From: a plasmid
Length of the DNA: 64,000 nt
Sequence record: NZ_CP103541.1
Direction: 5' to 3' (one strand)
Positions within the stretch are counted from its first letter, which is position 1. The number at the start of each line of letters is the position of its first letter. The notes beneath the pieces were generated by a model, which saw nothing but the letters and a program-made list of their open reading frames with translations, had not been told where the DNA came from and did not search any database. This document shows positions 43,318 to 53,644 of this stretch, piece after piece. A program made the translations under genes and the position numbers.

Positions 43318-45945
43318 GTGAATAATCCACTTGAGGCCGTCACTCAGGCGGTTAACTCCCTCGTCACAGCACTGAAACTGCCTGACGAATCCGCAAAGGC
43401 CAATGAAGTTCTGGGCGAAATGAGCTTCCCGCAGTTCAGTCGTCTGCTGCCGTACCGTGATTACAACCAGGAATCCGGTCTGTTCATGAATGACACCACG
43501 ATGGGCTTTATGCTGGAAGCCATTCCCATCAATGGGGCGAATGAGTCCATTGTGGAGGCCCTCGATCACATGCTGCGCACCAAACTGCCGCGCGGGGTGC
43601 CGTTCTGCATCCATCTGATGTCCAGTCAGCTGGTTGGTGACAGGATTGAATACGGGCTGCGTGAGTTCTCCTGGTCGGGTGAACAGGCTGAACGGTTTAA
43701 CGCCATTACCCGTGCCTATTATATGAACGCGGCAGCGACACAGTTTCCGCTGCCGGAGGGGATGAATCTGCCCCTGACCCTGCGCCATTACCGGGTATTC
43801 TTCTCGTACTGTTCTCCCTCGAAGAAAAAAAGCCGGGCTGATATTCTGGAAATGGAAAACCTGGTGAAAATCATCCGGGCGTCGTTACAGGGGGCCAGTA
43901 TCACCACACAGGCGGTGGATGCACAGGCCTTTATCGATATTGTCGGGGAGATGATTAACCATAACCCGGACTCCCTGTATCCGAAAAGACGTCAGCTGGA
44001 CCCGTATTCTGATCTGAATTATCAGTGTGTGGAGGACAGTTTTGACCTGAAAGTCCGGGCGGATTACCTGACGCTGGGCCTGCGTGAGAAGGGTAGGAAC
44101 AGCACGGCCCGCATCCTGAATTTCCATCTGGCCCGTAACCCGGAAATCGCCTTCCTGTGGAACATGGCCGACAACTACAGCAACCTGCTGAACCCGGAAC
44201 TGTCCATCTCCTGTCCGTTCATCCTGACGCTGACTCTGGTGGTGGAAGACCAGGTGAAAACCCACAGCGAAGCCAACCTGAAGTACATGGACCTGGAGAA
44301 AAAGTCGAAGACCTCCTATGCCAAATGGTTTCCGTCCGTGGAGAAAGAGGCGAAGGAGTGGGGGGAACTGCGTCAGCGGCTGGGCTCCGGTCAGTCTTCT
44401 GTCGTGTCCTACTTCCTCAACATCACAGCATTCTGCAAGGACAACAATGAAACGGCACTGGAAGTGGAGCAGGACATCCTGAACAGCTTCCGTAAAAACG
44501 GTTTTGAGCTGATTTCACCGCGCTTTAACCACATGCGCAATTTCCTGACCTGTCTGCCCTTTATGGCCGGGAAAGGGTTGTTTAAACAGCTGAAAGAGGC
44601 CGGAGTGGTACAGCGCGCAGAGAGCTTTAATGTGGCCAACCTGATGCCGTTAGTGGCGGATAACCCCCTGACACCGGCAGGTCTGCTGGCACCCACCTAC
44701 CGTAACCAGCTGGCGTTTATCGATATTTTCTTCCGGGGGATGAATAACACCAACTATAACATGGCGGTCTGTGGCACCTCCGGGGCCGGTAAAACCGGGC
44801 TGATACAGCCACTTATCCGCAGCGTGCTGGACTCCGGGGGCTTTGCCGTGGTGTTCGACATGGGGGATGGCTACAAGTCCCTGTGTGAGAACATGGGGGG
44901 CGTATATCTGGACGGTGAAACCCTGCGCTTTAACCCGTTTGCGAACATCACCGATATTGACCAGTCAGCGGAGCGTGTCCGCGACCAGCTGTCGGTGATG
45001 GCCAGCCCCAACGGTAACCTGGATGAAGTGCATGAAGGTCTGCTGCTGCAGGCAGTCAGGGCATCATGGCTGGCCAAAGAGAACAGGGCACGTATTGATG
45101 ACGTGGTGGATTTCCTGAAAAACGCCAGTGACAGCGAGCAGTATGCCGAGTCACCGACCATCCGCAGCCGTCTGGACGAAATGATTGTGCTGCTTGACCA
45201 GTACACTGCTAACGGCACTTATGGCCAGTATTTCAACTCCGATGAGCCGTCCCTGCGGGATGATGCGAAAATGGTGGTGCTGGAGCTGGGCGGACTGGAA
45301 GACCGTCCGTCCCTGCTGGTTGCGGTGATGTTCAGCCTTATCATTTACATTGAGAACCGGATGTACCGCACGCCGCGTAACCTCAAGAAACTGAACGTCA
45401 TTGATGAAGGCTGGCGTCTGCTGGACTTCAAAAATCACAAGGTCGGTGAATTTATTGAGAAAGGCTACCGTACCGCCCGCCGTCATACCGGTGCCTATAT
45501 CACCATCACACAGAACATCGTCGACTTTGACTCTGACAAGGCCTCCAGTGCGGCCCGTGCAGCATGGGGTAACTCCTCCTACAAAATTATCCTCAAACAG
45601 AGTGCGAAGGAGTTCGCGAAATACAACCAGCTGTATCCGGACCAGTTCCTGCCACTGCAGCGTGACATGATTGGTAAGTTCGGTGCGGCCAAAGATCAGT
45701 GGTTCAGTTCCTTCCTGCTGCAGGTGGAAAACCATTCCTCCTGGCACCGCCTGTTTGTTGACCCGTTAAGCCGCGCCATGTACAGCTCTGACGGCCCGGA
45801 TTTTGAGTTTGTGCAGCAGAAACGTAAAGAGGGGCTGAGTATTCATGAGGCGGTGTGGCAGCTGGCGTGGAAGAAGTCAGGGCCGGAGATGGCTTCGCTG
45901 GAAGCCTGGCTGGAAGAACATGAGAAATACAGGAGTGTGGCATGA
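43318..45945 (+). CDS. traC: TraC (VirB4-family ATPase)
   Basis: 875 aa. Walker A GTSGAGKT. Confidence 0.95.
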   Translation: MNNPLEAVTQAVNSLVTALKLPDESAKANEVLGEMSFPQFSRLLPYRDYNQESGLFMNDTTMGFMLEAIPINGANESIVEALDHMLRTKLPRGVPFCIHLMSSQLVGDRIEYGLREFSWSGEQAERFNAITRAYYMNAAATQFPLPEGMNLPLTLRHYRVFFSYCSPSKKKSRADILEMENLVKIIRASLQGASITTQAVDAQAFIDIVGEMINHNPDSLYPKRRQLDPYSDLNYQCVEDSFDLKVRADYLTLGLREKGRNSTARILNFHLARNPEIAFLWNMADNYSNLLNPELSISCPFILTLTLVVEDQVKTHSEANLKYMDLEKKSKTSYAKWFPSVEKEAKEWGELRQRLGSGQSSVVSYFLNITAFCKDNNETALEVEQDILNSFRKNGFELISPRFNHMRNFLTCLPFMAGKGLFKQLKEAGVVQRAESFNVANLMPLVADNPLTPAGLLAPTYRNQLAFIDIFFRGMNNTNYNMAVCGTSGAGKTGLIQPLIRSVLDSGGFAVVFDMGDGYKSLCENMGGVYLDGETLRFNPFANITDIDQSAERVRDQLSVMASPNGNLDEVHEGLLLQAVRASWLAKENRARIDDVVDFLKNASDSEQYAESPTIRSRLDEMIVLLDQYTANGTYGQYFNSDEPSLRDDAKMVVLELGGLEDRPSLLVAVMFSLIIYIENRMYRTPRNLKKLNVIDEGWRLLDFKNHKVGEFIEKGYRTARRHTGAYITITQNIVDFDSDKASSAARAAWGNSSYKIILKQSAKEFAKYNQLYPDQFLPLQRDMIGKFGAAKDQWFSSFLLQVENHSSWHRLFVDPLSRAMYSSDGPDFEFVQQKRKEGLSIHEAVWQLAWKKSGPEMASLEAWLEEHEKYRSVA

Positions 45946-46328
45946 CCACAACGCAAAAAACGACTGACGTTACAGCCCGTCGACGCAGCCACTGGTGGTG
46001 GGCGGTGCCGGGATGCCTGGCAATGGTGTTACTGAACGCAGCCATCAGTTACGGCATTGTCAGACTGAACGCACCGGTGACTGCCGCCTTCAACATGAAA
46101 CAGACCGTGGATGCGTTTTTTGACAGCGCCAGTCAGAAACAACTGTCAGAAGCGCAGTCAAAAGCCCTTTCAGCGCGTTTTAACACGGCACTGGAAGCCA
46201 GCCTGCAGGTATGGCAGCAGAAACACCACGCGGTCATTCTGGTGTCGCCTGCCGTGGTACAGGGGGCACCGGATATCACCCGGGAAATCCAGCAGGATAT
46301 CGCCCGGCGAATGAGGGCGGAGCCATGA
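45942..46328 (+). CDS. trbI: TrbI
   Basis: 128 aa. F gene order. Confidence 0.8.
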   Translation: MTTTQKTTDVTARRRSHWWWAVPGCLAMVLLNAAISYGIVRLNAPVTAAFNMKQTVDAFFDSASQKQLSEAQSKALSARFNTALEASLQVWQQKHHAVILVSPAVVQGAPDITREIQQDIARRMRAEP

Positions 46329-46957
46329 GATGCCGGGGGCTGATTGCCCTGCTGATATGGGGGCAGAGTGTGGCCGCCGCCGATCTTGGTACCTGGGGCG
46401 ATCTGTGGCCGGTAAAGGAGCCGGACATGCTGACGGTGATCATGCAGCGCCTGACGGCACTGGAGCAGTCCGGTGAGATGGGCCGGAAAATGGATGCCTT
46501 TAAGGAGCGGGTGATCCGCAACAGTCTGCGGCCCCCTGCCGTGCCCGGTATCGGACGCACGGAGAAATACGGCAGCCGGTTGTTTGACCCGTCCGTCAGA
46601 CTGGCTGCGGATATCCGGGATAACGAAGGGCGGGTGTTTGCCCGTCAGGGTGAAGTGATGAATCCGCTGCAGTATGTTCCTTTTAACCAGACGCTGTATT
46701 TCATCAATGGCGATGATCCGGCGCAGGTGGCCTGGATGAAACGCCAGACGCCGCCCACACTGGAGAGCAAAATTATCCTCGTGCAGGGCAGTATCCCGGA
46801 GATGCAGAAGTCTCTGGACAGCCGTGTTTACTTTGACCAGAACGGTGTGCTCTGCCAGCGCCTCGGCATTGATCAGGTCCCGGCACGGGTGAGCGCCGTT
46901 CCCGGCGATCGCTTCCTGAAGGTGGAATTTATTCCGGCAGAGGAGGGCAGAAAATGA
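46325..46957 (+). CDS. traW: TraW
   Basis: 210 aa from MRCRGLIALLIWGQSVAA (signal peptide). The track ORF is extended upstream. Confidence 0.85.
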   Translation: MRCRGLIALLIWGQSVAAADLGTWGDLWPVKEPDMLTVIMQRLTALEQSGEMGRKMDAFKERVIRNSLRPPAVPGIGRTEKYGSRLFDPSVRLAADIRDNEGRVFARQGEVMNPLQYVPFNQTLYFINGDDPAQVAWMKRQTPPTLESKIILVQGSIPEMQKSLDSRVYFDQNGVLCQRLGIDQVPARVSAVPGDRFLKVEFIPAEEGRK

Positions 46958-47946
46958 AGCGAAGCCTGTGGCTGCTGATGTTATTCCTTCTCGCCGGTCA
47001 TGTCCCTGCAGCGTCTGCGGATTCTGCCTGTGAGGGGCGTTTTGTAAACCCGATCACGGATATCTGCTGGAGCTGTATTTTCCCGCTCTCGCTGGGCAGT
47101 ATCAAAGTCAGTCAGGGTAAGGTCCCCGACACGGCGAACCCGTCGATGCCCATTCAGATTTGTCCGGCACCGCCGCCGCTGTTCAGGCGTATCGGGCTGG
47201 CCATTGGTTACTGGGAGCCGATGGCGCTGACGGACGTCACCCGATCACCGGGATGCATGGTTAACCTGGGCTTCAGCCTGCCGGCTTTTGGTAAAACGGC
47301 ACAGGGAACGGCGAAAAAGGATGAGAAGCAGGTGAACGGGGCGTTCTATCACGTTCACTGGTACAAATACCCGCTGACGTACTGGCTTAACATCATCACA
47401 TCGCTGGGCTGTCTGGAAGGTGGTGACCTGGATATCGCTTATCTTTCTGAAATCGACCCCACCTGGACGGACAGCAGCCTGACCACCATTCTCAATCCGG
47501 AAGCTGTCATCTTTGCCAATCCGATAGCACAGGGAGCCTGCGCAGCAGATGCCATTGCCAGCGCCTTTAATATGCCTCTCGATGTTCTGTTCTGGTGTGC
47601 CGGTTCGCAGGGCAGTATGTACCCGTTCAATGGCTGGGTGAGTAATGAGTCCAGTCCGTTGCAGTCCTCCCTGCTGGTCAGTGAACGCATGGCGTTCAAG
47701 CTGCACCGTCAGGGCATGATTATGGAAACCATCGGGAAAAATAACGCCGTCTGTAATGAATATCCGTCCCCAATCCTGCCCAAAGAACGCTGGCGTTACC
47801 AGATGGTGAATATGTACCCGGACAGCGGACAGTGCCACCCGTTCGGGCGCAGTGTGACCCGCTGGGAAACCGGGAAAAATCCGCCCAATACAAAGAAAAA
47901 CTTCGGCTACCTGATGTGGCGTAAACGTAACTGTGTCTTCCTGTGA
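46954..47946 (+). CDS. traU: TraU
   Basis: 330 aa with signal peptide. F gene order. Confidence 0.9.
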   Translation: MKRSLWLLMLFLLAGHVPAASADSACEGRFVNPITDICWSCIFPLSLGSIKVSQGKVPDTANPSMPIQICPAPPPLFRRIGLAIGYWEPMALTDVTRSPGCMVNLGFSLPAFGKTAQGTAKKDEKQVNGAFYHVHWYKYPLTYWLNIITSLGCLEGGDLDIAYLSEIDPTWTDSSLTTILNPEAVIFANPIAQGACAADAIASAFNMPLDVLFWCAGSQGSMYPFNGWVSNESSPLQSSLLVSERMAFKLHRQGMIMETIGKNNAVCNEYPSPILPKERWRYQMVNMYPDSGQCHPFGRSVTRWETGKNPPNTKKNFGYLMWRKRNCVFL

Positions 47947-47951
47947 GGTGA

Positions 47952-48593
47952 ATGATGAAGCTGAGTATGAAATCTCTGGCAGCACTGCTGATGATGCTGA
48001 ACGGGGCGGTTATGGCGTCAGAAAACGTGAACACTCCTGAAAACCGCCAGTTCCTGAAGCAGCAGGAAAATTTAAGCAGACAACTGCGTGAAAAACCTGA
48101 CCATCAGCTGAAAGCCTGGGCGGAGAAGCAGGTGCTGGAAAACCCCCTTCAGCGTTCAGATAACCATTTCCTGGATGAGCTGGTTCGTAAACAGCAGGCT
48201 TCGCAGGACGGGAAACCCCGGCAGGGTGCTCTGTATTTTGTGTCGTTTTCCATTCCCGAAGAGGGGCTGAAACGAATGCTGGGCGAAACCCGGCACTACG
48301 GTATACCCGCCACACTGCGGGGCATGGTGAACAATGACCTGAAGACCACCGCTGAAGCCGTGCTGTCCCTGGTGAAAGACGGCGCGACTGATGGTGTTCA
48401 GATCGACCCGACGCTGTTTTCACAGTACGGCATTCGCAGTGTACCGGCACTGGTGGTGTTCTGCAGTCAGGGATACGACATCATCCGGGGAAACCTGCGG
48501 GTCGGCCAGGCGCTGGAGAAAGTGGCCGCCACGGGTGACTGCCGGCAGGTGGCTCATGATTTACTGGCAGGGAAAGGAGATTCCGGGAAATGA
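47952..48593 (+). CDS. trbC: TrbC
   Basis: 213 aa with signal peptide. F gene order. Confidence 0.85.
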   Translation: MMKLSMKSLAALLMMLNGAVMASENVNTPENRQFLKQQENLSRQLREKPDHQLKAWAEKQVLENPLQRSDNHFLDELVRKQQASQDGKPRQGALYFVSFSIPEEGLKRMLGETRHYGIPATLRGMVNNDLKTTAEAVLSLVKDGATDGVQIDPTLFSQYGIRSVPALVVFCSQGYDIIRGNLRVGQALEKVAATGDCRQVAHDLLAGKGDSGK

Positions 48594-50398
48594 AACGTAT
48601 TTTACCTCTGATACTGGCTCTGGTTGCCGGCATGGCACTGGCTGACAGCAACAGTGATTACCGGGCCGGCTCTGATTTTGCTCACCAGATCAAAGGACAG
48701 GGAAGCAGCAGTATTCAGGGCTTTAAGCCACAGGAGAGTATCCCCGGCTATAACGCGAATCCGGACGAGACAAAATACTACGGTGGCGTGACTGCCGGCG
48801 GGGATGGTGGCCTGAAAAATGACGGCACCACGGAATGGGCGACCGGTGAAACCGGAAAAACCATCACAGAGTCATTCATGAACAAGCCGAAAGACATTCT
48901 TTCACCGGATGCACCGTTTATCCAGACCGGCAGGGATGTGGTGAACCGGGCTGACAGCATTGTGGGAAACACCGGGCAGCAGTGCAGTGCGCAGGAGATT
49001 AGCCGGAGTGAATACACGAATTACACCTGTGAGCGGGATTTACAGGTGGAGCAGTACTGCACACGAACTGCCCGTATGGAGCTGCAGGGGAGTACCACGT
49101 GGGAAACCCGGACGCTGGAGTATGAAATGAGTCAGCTACCTGCACGTGAAGTGAATGGTCAGTATGTTGTCTCCATTACCTCTCCCGTTACCGGTGAAAT
49201 TGTCGATGCGCATTACAGCTGGAGTCGTACTTACCTGCAGAAGAGTGTACCTATGACAATTACAGTACTGGGAACCCCACTGAGCTGGAATGCCAAATAC
49301 TCAGCAGATGCCTCATTTACACCAGTACAGAAAACACTGACTGCCGGTGTGGCTTTTACCTCATCTCACCCCGTCCGGGTCGGGAATACAAAATTCAGAC
49401 GTCATACGGCAATGAAGCTGCGTCTGGTTGTCAGGGTAAAAAAAGCCTCGTACACCCCGTATGTTGTCTGGTCTGAAAGCTGCCCGTTCAGCAAGGAGCT
49501 GGGGAAACTGACAAAAACAGAATGTACGGAGGCTGGCGGGAACAGGACGCTGGTGAAAGACGGTCAGTCATACAGCATGTACCAGAGCTGCTGGGCATAC
49601 CGGGACACGTATGTCACGCAGTCAGCAGACAAGGGAACCTGTCAGACCTACACCGACAATCCTGCCTGTACCCTGGTGTCACACCAGTGTGCCTTTTACT
49701 CCGAAGAAGGTGCCTGTCTGCATGAATATGCCACGTACTCCTGTGAGTCAAAAACATCCGGGAAAGTGATGGTCTGTGGGGGAGACGTATTCTGTCTCGA
49801 TGGCGAATGCGATAAGGCTCAGAGCGGGAAGAGTAATGATTTTGCCGAAGCCGTTTCTCAGCTGGCGGCACTGGCCGCTGCAGGTAAGGATGTTGCGGCG
49901 CTGAACGGGGTGGATGTCCGTGCTTTCACCGGTCAGGCGAAATTTTGTAAGAAGGCTGCAGCCGGATACAGCAACTGCTGTAAGGACAGCGGCTGGGGAC
50001 AGGATATCGGGCTGGCCAAATGCAGCAGTGATGAAAAAGCCCTGGCTAAAGCAAAATCAAACAAACTGACCGTCAGTGTCGGAGAGTTCTGTTCGAAGAA
50101 AGTGCTGGGTGTCTGTCTGGAGAAAAAACGCAGCTACTGTCAGTTTGATTCGAAGCTGGCGCAGATAGTCCAGCAGCAGGGACGCAACGGTCAGCTGCGT
50201 ATCAGTTTTGGCAGTGCGAAGCATCCTGACTGTCGGGGGATTACGGTTGATGAGCTGCAGAAAATTCAGTTCGACAGACTGGATTTCACTAACTTCTACG
50301 AAGACCTGATGAATAACCAGAAAATCCCGGACAGTGGCGTTCTGACGCAGAAAGTGAAAGAGCAGATTGCTGACCAGCTGAAGCAGGCAGGACAGTAA
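48590..50398 (+). CDS. traN: TraN (mating-pair stabilisation, Cys-rich outer-membrane protein)
   Basis: 602 aa. Many conserved cysteines in the C-terminal half. Confidence 0.9.
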   Translation: MKRILPLILALVAGMALADSNSDYRAGSDFAHQIKGQGSSSIQGFKPQESIPGYNANPDETKYYGGVTAGGDGGLKNDGTTEWATGETGKTITESFMNKPKDILSPDAPFIQTGRDVVNRADSIVGNTGQQCSAQEISRSEYTNYTCERDLQVEQYCTRTARMELQGSTTWETRTLEYEMSQLPAREVNGQYVVSITSPVTGEIVDAHYSWSRTYLQKSVPMTITVLGTPLSWNAKYSADASFTPVQKTLTAGVAFTSSHPVRVGNTKFRRHTAMKLRLVVRVKKASYTPYVVWSESCPFSKELGKLTKTECTEAGGNRTLVKDGQSYSMYQSCWAYRDTYVTQSADKGTCQTYTDNPACTLVSHQCAFYSEEGACLHEYATYSCESKTSGKVMVCGGDVFCLDGECDKAQSGKSNDFAEAVSQLAALAAAGKDVAALNGVDVRAFTGQAKFCKKAAAGYSNCCKDSGWGQDIGLAKCSSDEKALAKAKSNKLTVSVGEFCSKKVLGVCLEKKRSYCQFDSKLAQIVQQQGRNGQLRISFGSAKHPDCRGITVDELQKIQFDRLDFTNFYEDLMNNQKIPDSGVLTQKVKEQIADQLKQAGQ

Positions 50399-50421
50399 GG
50401 TATGGAAAATAACCGGGGGAA

Positions 50422-50682
50422 ATGATGAAAGTTATATTCACTTCTAATCGTCTTGTTGATTTTCTTATCCGGCTTTCGATTACAGCGATTGTCATTTCCC
50501 CGGTAATTATCTGGTCGTGGGATACGGTAAAAGAAACCACGGCAGACGGGATGCTTGCCGCTGCTTTCGTTATCCTTTACTCCGGTGTGCTCCTGTTTAT
50601 TCTGTATTTTTGTTTTTCTGCCCTGACTGACCTGCAGAAAACCGATGAAAGAAATAATGATGAAAGAAATGAAGATGAATAA
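50422..50682 (+). CDS. trbE: TrbE
   Basis: 86 aa membrane protein. F gene order. Confidence 0.7.
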   Translation: MMKVIFTSNRLVDFLIRLSITAIVISPVIIWSWDTVKETTADGMLAAAFVILYSGVLLFILYFCFSALTDLQKTDERNNDERNEDE

Positions 50683-51418
50683 AGCATTACTGCCACTGTT
50701 ACTCTGCTGCTTTATTTTTCCGGCGTCAGGGAAAGATGCAGGCTGGCAGTGGTATAACGAGAAAATAACTCCGAAGGAAAAAGAAAATAAACCTGTACCT
50801 GCAGCCCCCCGTCAGGAGCCGGATATTATGCAGAAACTGGCCGCGCTGCAGACGGCAACAAAGCGGGCGCTGTACGAAGCCATTCTGTATCCCGGCGTGG
50901 ATAATTTTGTGAAATATTTCCGGCTGCAGAATTACTGGACTCAGCAGGCCGGGCTTTTCACCATGAGTGCTAAAAAGGCCATGCTGGCACATCCTGAACT
51001 GGACTATAACCTGCAGTACAGCCATTACAACGGCACGGTACGGAACCAGCTGGCGGCAGACCAGGCGCAGCAGCGACAGGCCATTGCGAAACTGGCTGAA
51101 CACTACGGCATCATGTTTTTTTACCGGGGGCAGGACCCCATCGACGGGCAGCTGGCGCAGGTCATTAATGGCTTCCGGGATACGTATGGTCTGAGTGTTA
51201 TTCCCGTTTCCGTGGATGGCGTGATTAATCCGTTGTTGCCGGATTCCCGGACTGACCAGGGGCAGGCGCAGCGCCTCGGCGTGAAATATTTCCCGGCCAT
51301 GATGCTGGTTGACCCGAAACAGGGTAGTGTTCGTCCGTTATCATACGGTTTTATTTCGCAGGACGACCTGGCAAAACAGTTCCTGAATGTCTCTGAGGAT
51401 TTTAAACCGAATTTTTAA
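50675..51418 (+). CDS. traF: TraF (thioredoxin-like periplasmic pilus-assembly protein)
   Basis: 247 aa from MNKALLPLLLCC, matching F TraF length. Confidence 0.9.
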   Translation: MNKALLPLLLCCFIFPASGKDAGWQWYNEKITPKEKENKPVPAAPRQEPDIMQKLAALQTATKRALYEAILYPGVDNFVKYFRLQNYWTQQAGLFTMSAKKAMLAHPELDYNLQYSHYNGTVRNQLAADQAQQRQAIAKLAEHYGIMFFYRGQDPIDGQLAQVINGFRDTYGLSVIPVSVDGVINPLLPDSRTDQGQAQRLGVKYFPAMMLVDPKQGSVRPLSYGFISQDDLAKQFLNVSEDFKPNF

Positions 51419-51431
51419 CCAAAGGATATAT

Positions 51432-51773
51432 ATGCATACAGGGGATTTGTGTTTTTTTACAGGTGCCAGCCTGTTTATCGTGGGGGTTGTTGGTTATTTC
51501 TTTACAGGACTAAATAATAAAGGAGTTTATCTACTGAGCTCGTTTGTCTTCTTTGTAGTAAATGTCATAAGTGTATGTATGCTGCCAGATAATTTCTTGT
51601 TTCTTTGTGGTGCGGTTATGAATCAGTGTGCCGTACCGGTTGTTTCAATGGCAGTCAGCACCATGCCGATTATCACGAAGTTTGACAGTTTCAGAAGGAT
51701 GTTTATTTGTATTATGTTGTCAGCCATATGGTCTGGAGTGATGTGGTTTTTTATTATTTCATTAGTGAAATGA
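51432..51773 (+). CDS. trbA: TrbA
   Basis: 113-aa membrane protein. F gene order. Confidence 0.7.
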   Translation: MHTGDLCFFTGASLFIVGVVGYFFTGLNNKGVYLLSSFVFFVVNVISVCMLPDNFLFLCGAVMNQCAVPVVSMAVSTMPIITKFDSFRRMFICIMLSAIWSGVMWFFIISLVK

Positions 51774-52089
51774 CTGGTGCTAATTTGTCATAAATGCCAA
51801 ATCCAATAGTGAGATTGATTACCACAGACCAGAGGATAAACCAGACTGCTATCCAGTGACTTCTGAATAAATCACAAAAATAAACATAGATGATTAGAAA
51901 TAGCCATATCACAACAGCGATAATTGCTATAAATAACAGTATCGTCACAAATAAATCAGCAAAGGTTTTAATGGGGAGAGTGTGCAACAATGAATACACC
52001 AGTAAAGCAAAAGCCGCATTACCTGATAATGACTCTCTTATGATGTTTCTCACTATTTCCAGTTTTTCTTTAAAAGATCGCTTTTCCAT
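51754..52089 (-). CDS. artA: ArtA (antisense-orientation membrane ORF within the tra operon)
   Basis: 111-aa hydrophobic ORF on the opposite strand between trbA and traQ, as in F. Confidence 0.6.
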   Translation of the reverse strand: MEKRSFKEKLEIVRNIIRESLSGNAAFALLVYSLLHTLPIKTFADLFVTILLFIAIIAVVIWLFLIIYVYFCDLFRSHWIAVWFILWSVVINLTIGFGIYDKLAPVISLMK

Positions 52090-52169
52090 TTGTACCTCTG
52101 ACTAATATCACACAAACGCGAATATTACAGACATGAATACTCTCATGTAAATAATAACCGGAGTTTAAC

Positions 52170-52454
52170 ATGATAAGTAAACGCAGATTCTCTTTACCCC
52201 GGCTTGATATTACGGGAATGTGGGTATTTTCCCTGGGCGTCTGGTTTCATATCGTCGCCCGTCTTGTTCACAGCAAACCCTGGATGGCTTTTTTTCTGGC
52301 GGAGCTGATTGCGGCCATCCTTGTGCTGTTCGGCGCATACCAGGTGCTGGATGCATGGATTGCCCGTGTCAGCCGGGAAGAGCGTGAGGCACTGGAAGCC
52401 AGGCAACAGGCCATGATGGCAGAGCAGCAGGAGGGCGGACATGTCTCTCACTAA
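52170..52454 (+). CDS. traQ: TraQ (pilin chaperone)
   Basis: 94 aa. F gene order. Confidence 0.85.
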   Translation: MISKRRFSLPRLDITGMWVFSLGVWFHIVARLVHSKPWMAFFLAELIAAILVLFGAYQVLDAWIARVSREEREALEARQQAMMAEQQEGGHVSH

Positions 52455-52995
52455 ATTACTGCCGGTTATTCTGTTGATGATGGCCACAGGTGTGCAGGCC
52501 TCCACCCGGGATGAAATTGAACGACTCTGGCATCCGCAGGGTATGGCTGCGCAGCCTGCACAACCGGCAGCAGACACGCCAGCCAGGACAGACAAGACAG
52601 AAAAGCCGGCTCCCCGCTGGTTCCGCCTCAGCAACGGCAGGCAGGTTAACCTGGCCGACTGGAAGGTGGTGCTGTTTATGCAGGGGCATTGCCCTTACTG
52701 TCACCAGTTTGACCCGGTACTGAAGCAGCTGGCACAGCAGTACGGCTTTTCCGTTTTTCCCTACACTCTGGATGGTCAGGGGGATATGGCCTTTCCGGAA
52801 GCATTACCGGTGCCACCGGACGTGATGCAGACCTTCTTCCCGAATATCCCGGTGGCCACACCGACCACCTTCCTGGTCAACGTCAACACGCTTGAGGCAT
52901 TACCGCTTTTACAGGGGGCAACGGATGCCGCCGGTTTTATGGCGCGGATGGATACCGTTCTGCAGATGTACGGAGGGAAAAAAGGTGCGAAATAA
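52441..52995 (+). CDS. trbB: TrbB (thioredoxin/DsbC-like, CPYC motif)
   Basis: 184 aa with signal peptide and CPYC. Confidence 0.85.
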   Translation: MSLTKLLPVILLMMATGVQASTRDEIERLWHPQGMAAQPAQPAADTPARTDKTEKPAPRWFRLSNGRQVNLADWKVVLFMQGHCPYCHQFDPVLKQLAQQYGFSVFPYTLDGQGDMAFPEALPVPPDVMQTFFPNIPVATPTTFLVNVNTLEALPLLQGATDAAGFMARMDTVLQMYGGKKGAK

Positions 52996-53209
52996 GCAGG
53001 TGGTGTTACTCATTGCCGGAATATCCGGCATCGCGACGGGAATAATCGTCAGCCTGAATATTCCCTTTATCCGTCAGGGGCTTTTTTATCCCGCCAGTCC
53101 TGTAGAAATAGTCGTTTCGCTGTGTCTTACCTTTTCTGTTTCTGTTGTGTTTTTTGTGGGGCAATTGTGGGATGGATTTCGGTGTCTGAAATATATTACA
53201 GCCGCATGA
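52985..53209 (+). CDS. trbJ: TrbJ (GTG start)
   Basis: 74-aa membrane protein. Start is inferred from the GTG after RBS ggaggg. Confidence 0.55.
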   Translation: MRNKQVVLLIAGISGIATGIIVSLNIPFIRQGLFYPASPVEIVVSLCLTFSVSVVFFVGQLWDGFRCLKYITAA

Positions 53210-53251
53210 CCGGTCTGAATGAATCATCAGTAATATCAGAGGAAACTTATA

Positions 53252-53644
53252 ATGACAAAAAACAAAAAGAATCAGGAATTCAAAATCAGAAAAATTAGAC
53301 GGAATATTGAGTATAGTTTCAGAGGTTCTGACAGATATTTTGATTTGTTTATTGTTTTCCTTGTTGCCGGAATTGTTTTATGGGCTGTTATGCACGTTAT
53401 TTTCGATGTCTGTATTGATTCGTGGATGGCCGACCCGAAATTACTTAATTTCCAGTATATGTGGAATGTTCTGATGAAAGTCATTCCGTTTACGTTATGG
53501 GCGCTGGCAGCAGGGTTTCTTGTTACATTTTTTCTGTCCCCAATGTGCGAATTAATATTCGGAAATATCATGATATTCCTGCTGAAACGCCGTATGCGCC
53601 GGGAGAACACATTAAGGGAGGGCAAGAATGATGCCACGCATTAA
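53252..53644 (+). CDS. trbF: TrbF
   Basis: 130-aa membrane protein. F gene order. Confidence 0.7.
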   Translation: MTKNKKNQEFKIRKIRRNIEYSFRGSDRYFDLFIVFLVAGIVLWAVMHVIFDVCIDSWMADPKLLNFQYMWNVLMKVIPFTLWALAAGFLVTFFLSPMCELIFGNIMIFLLKRRMRRENTLREGKNDATH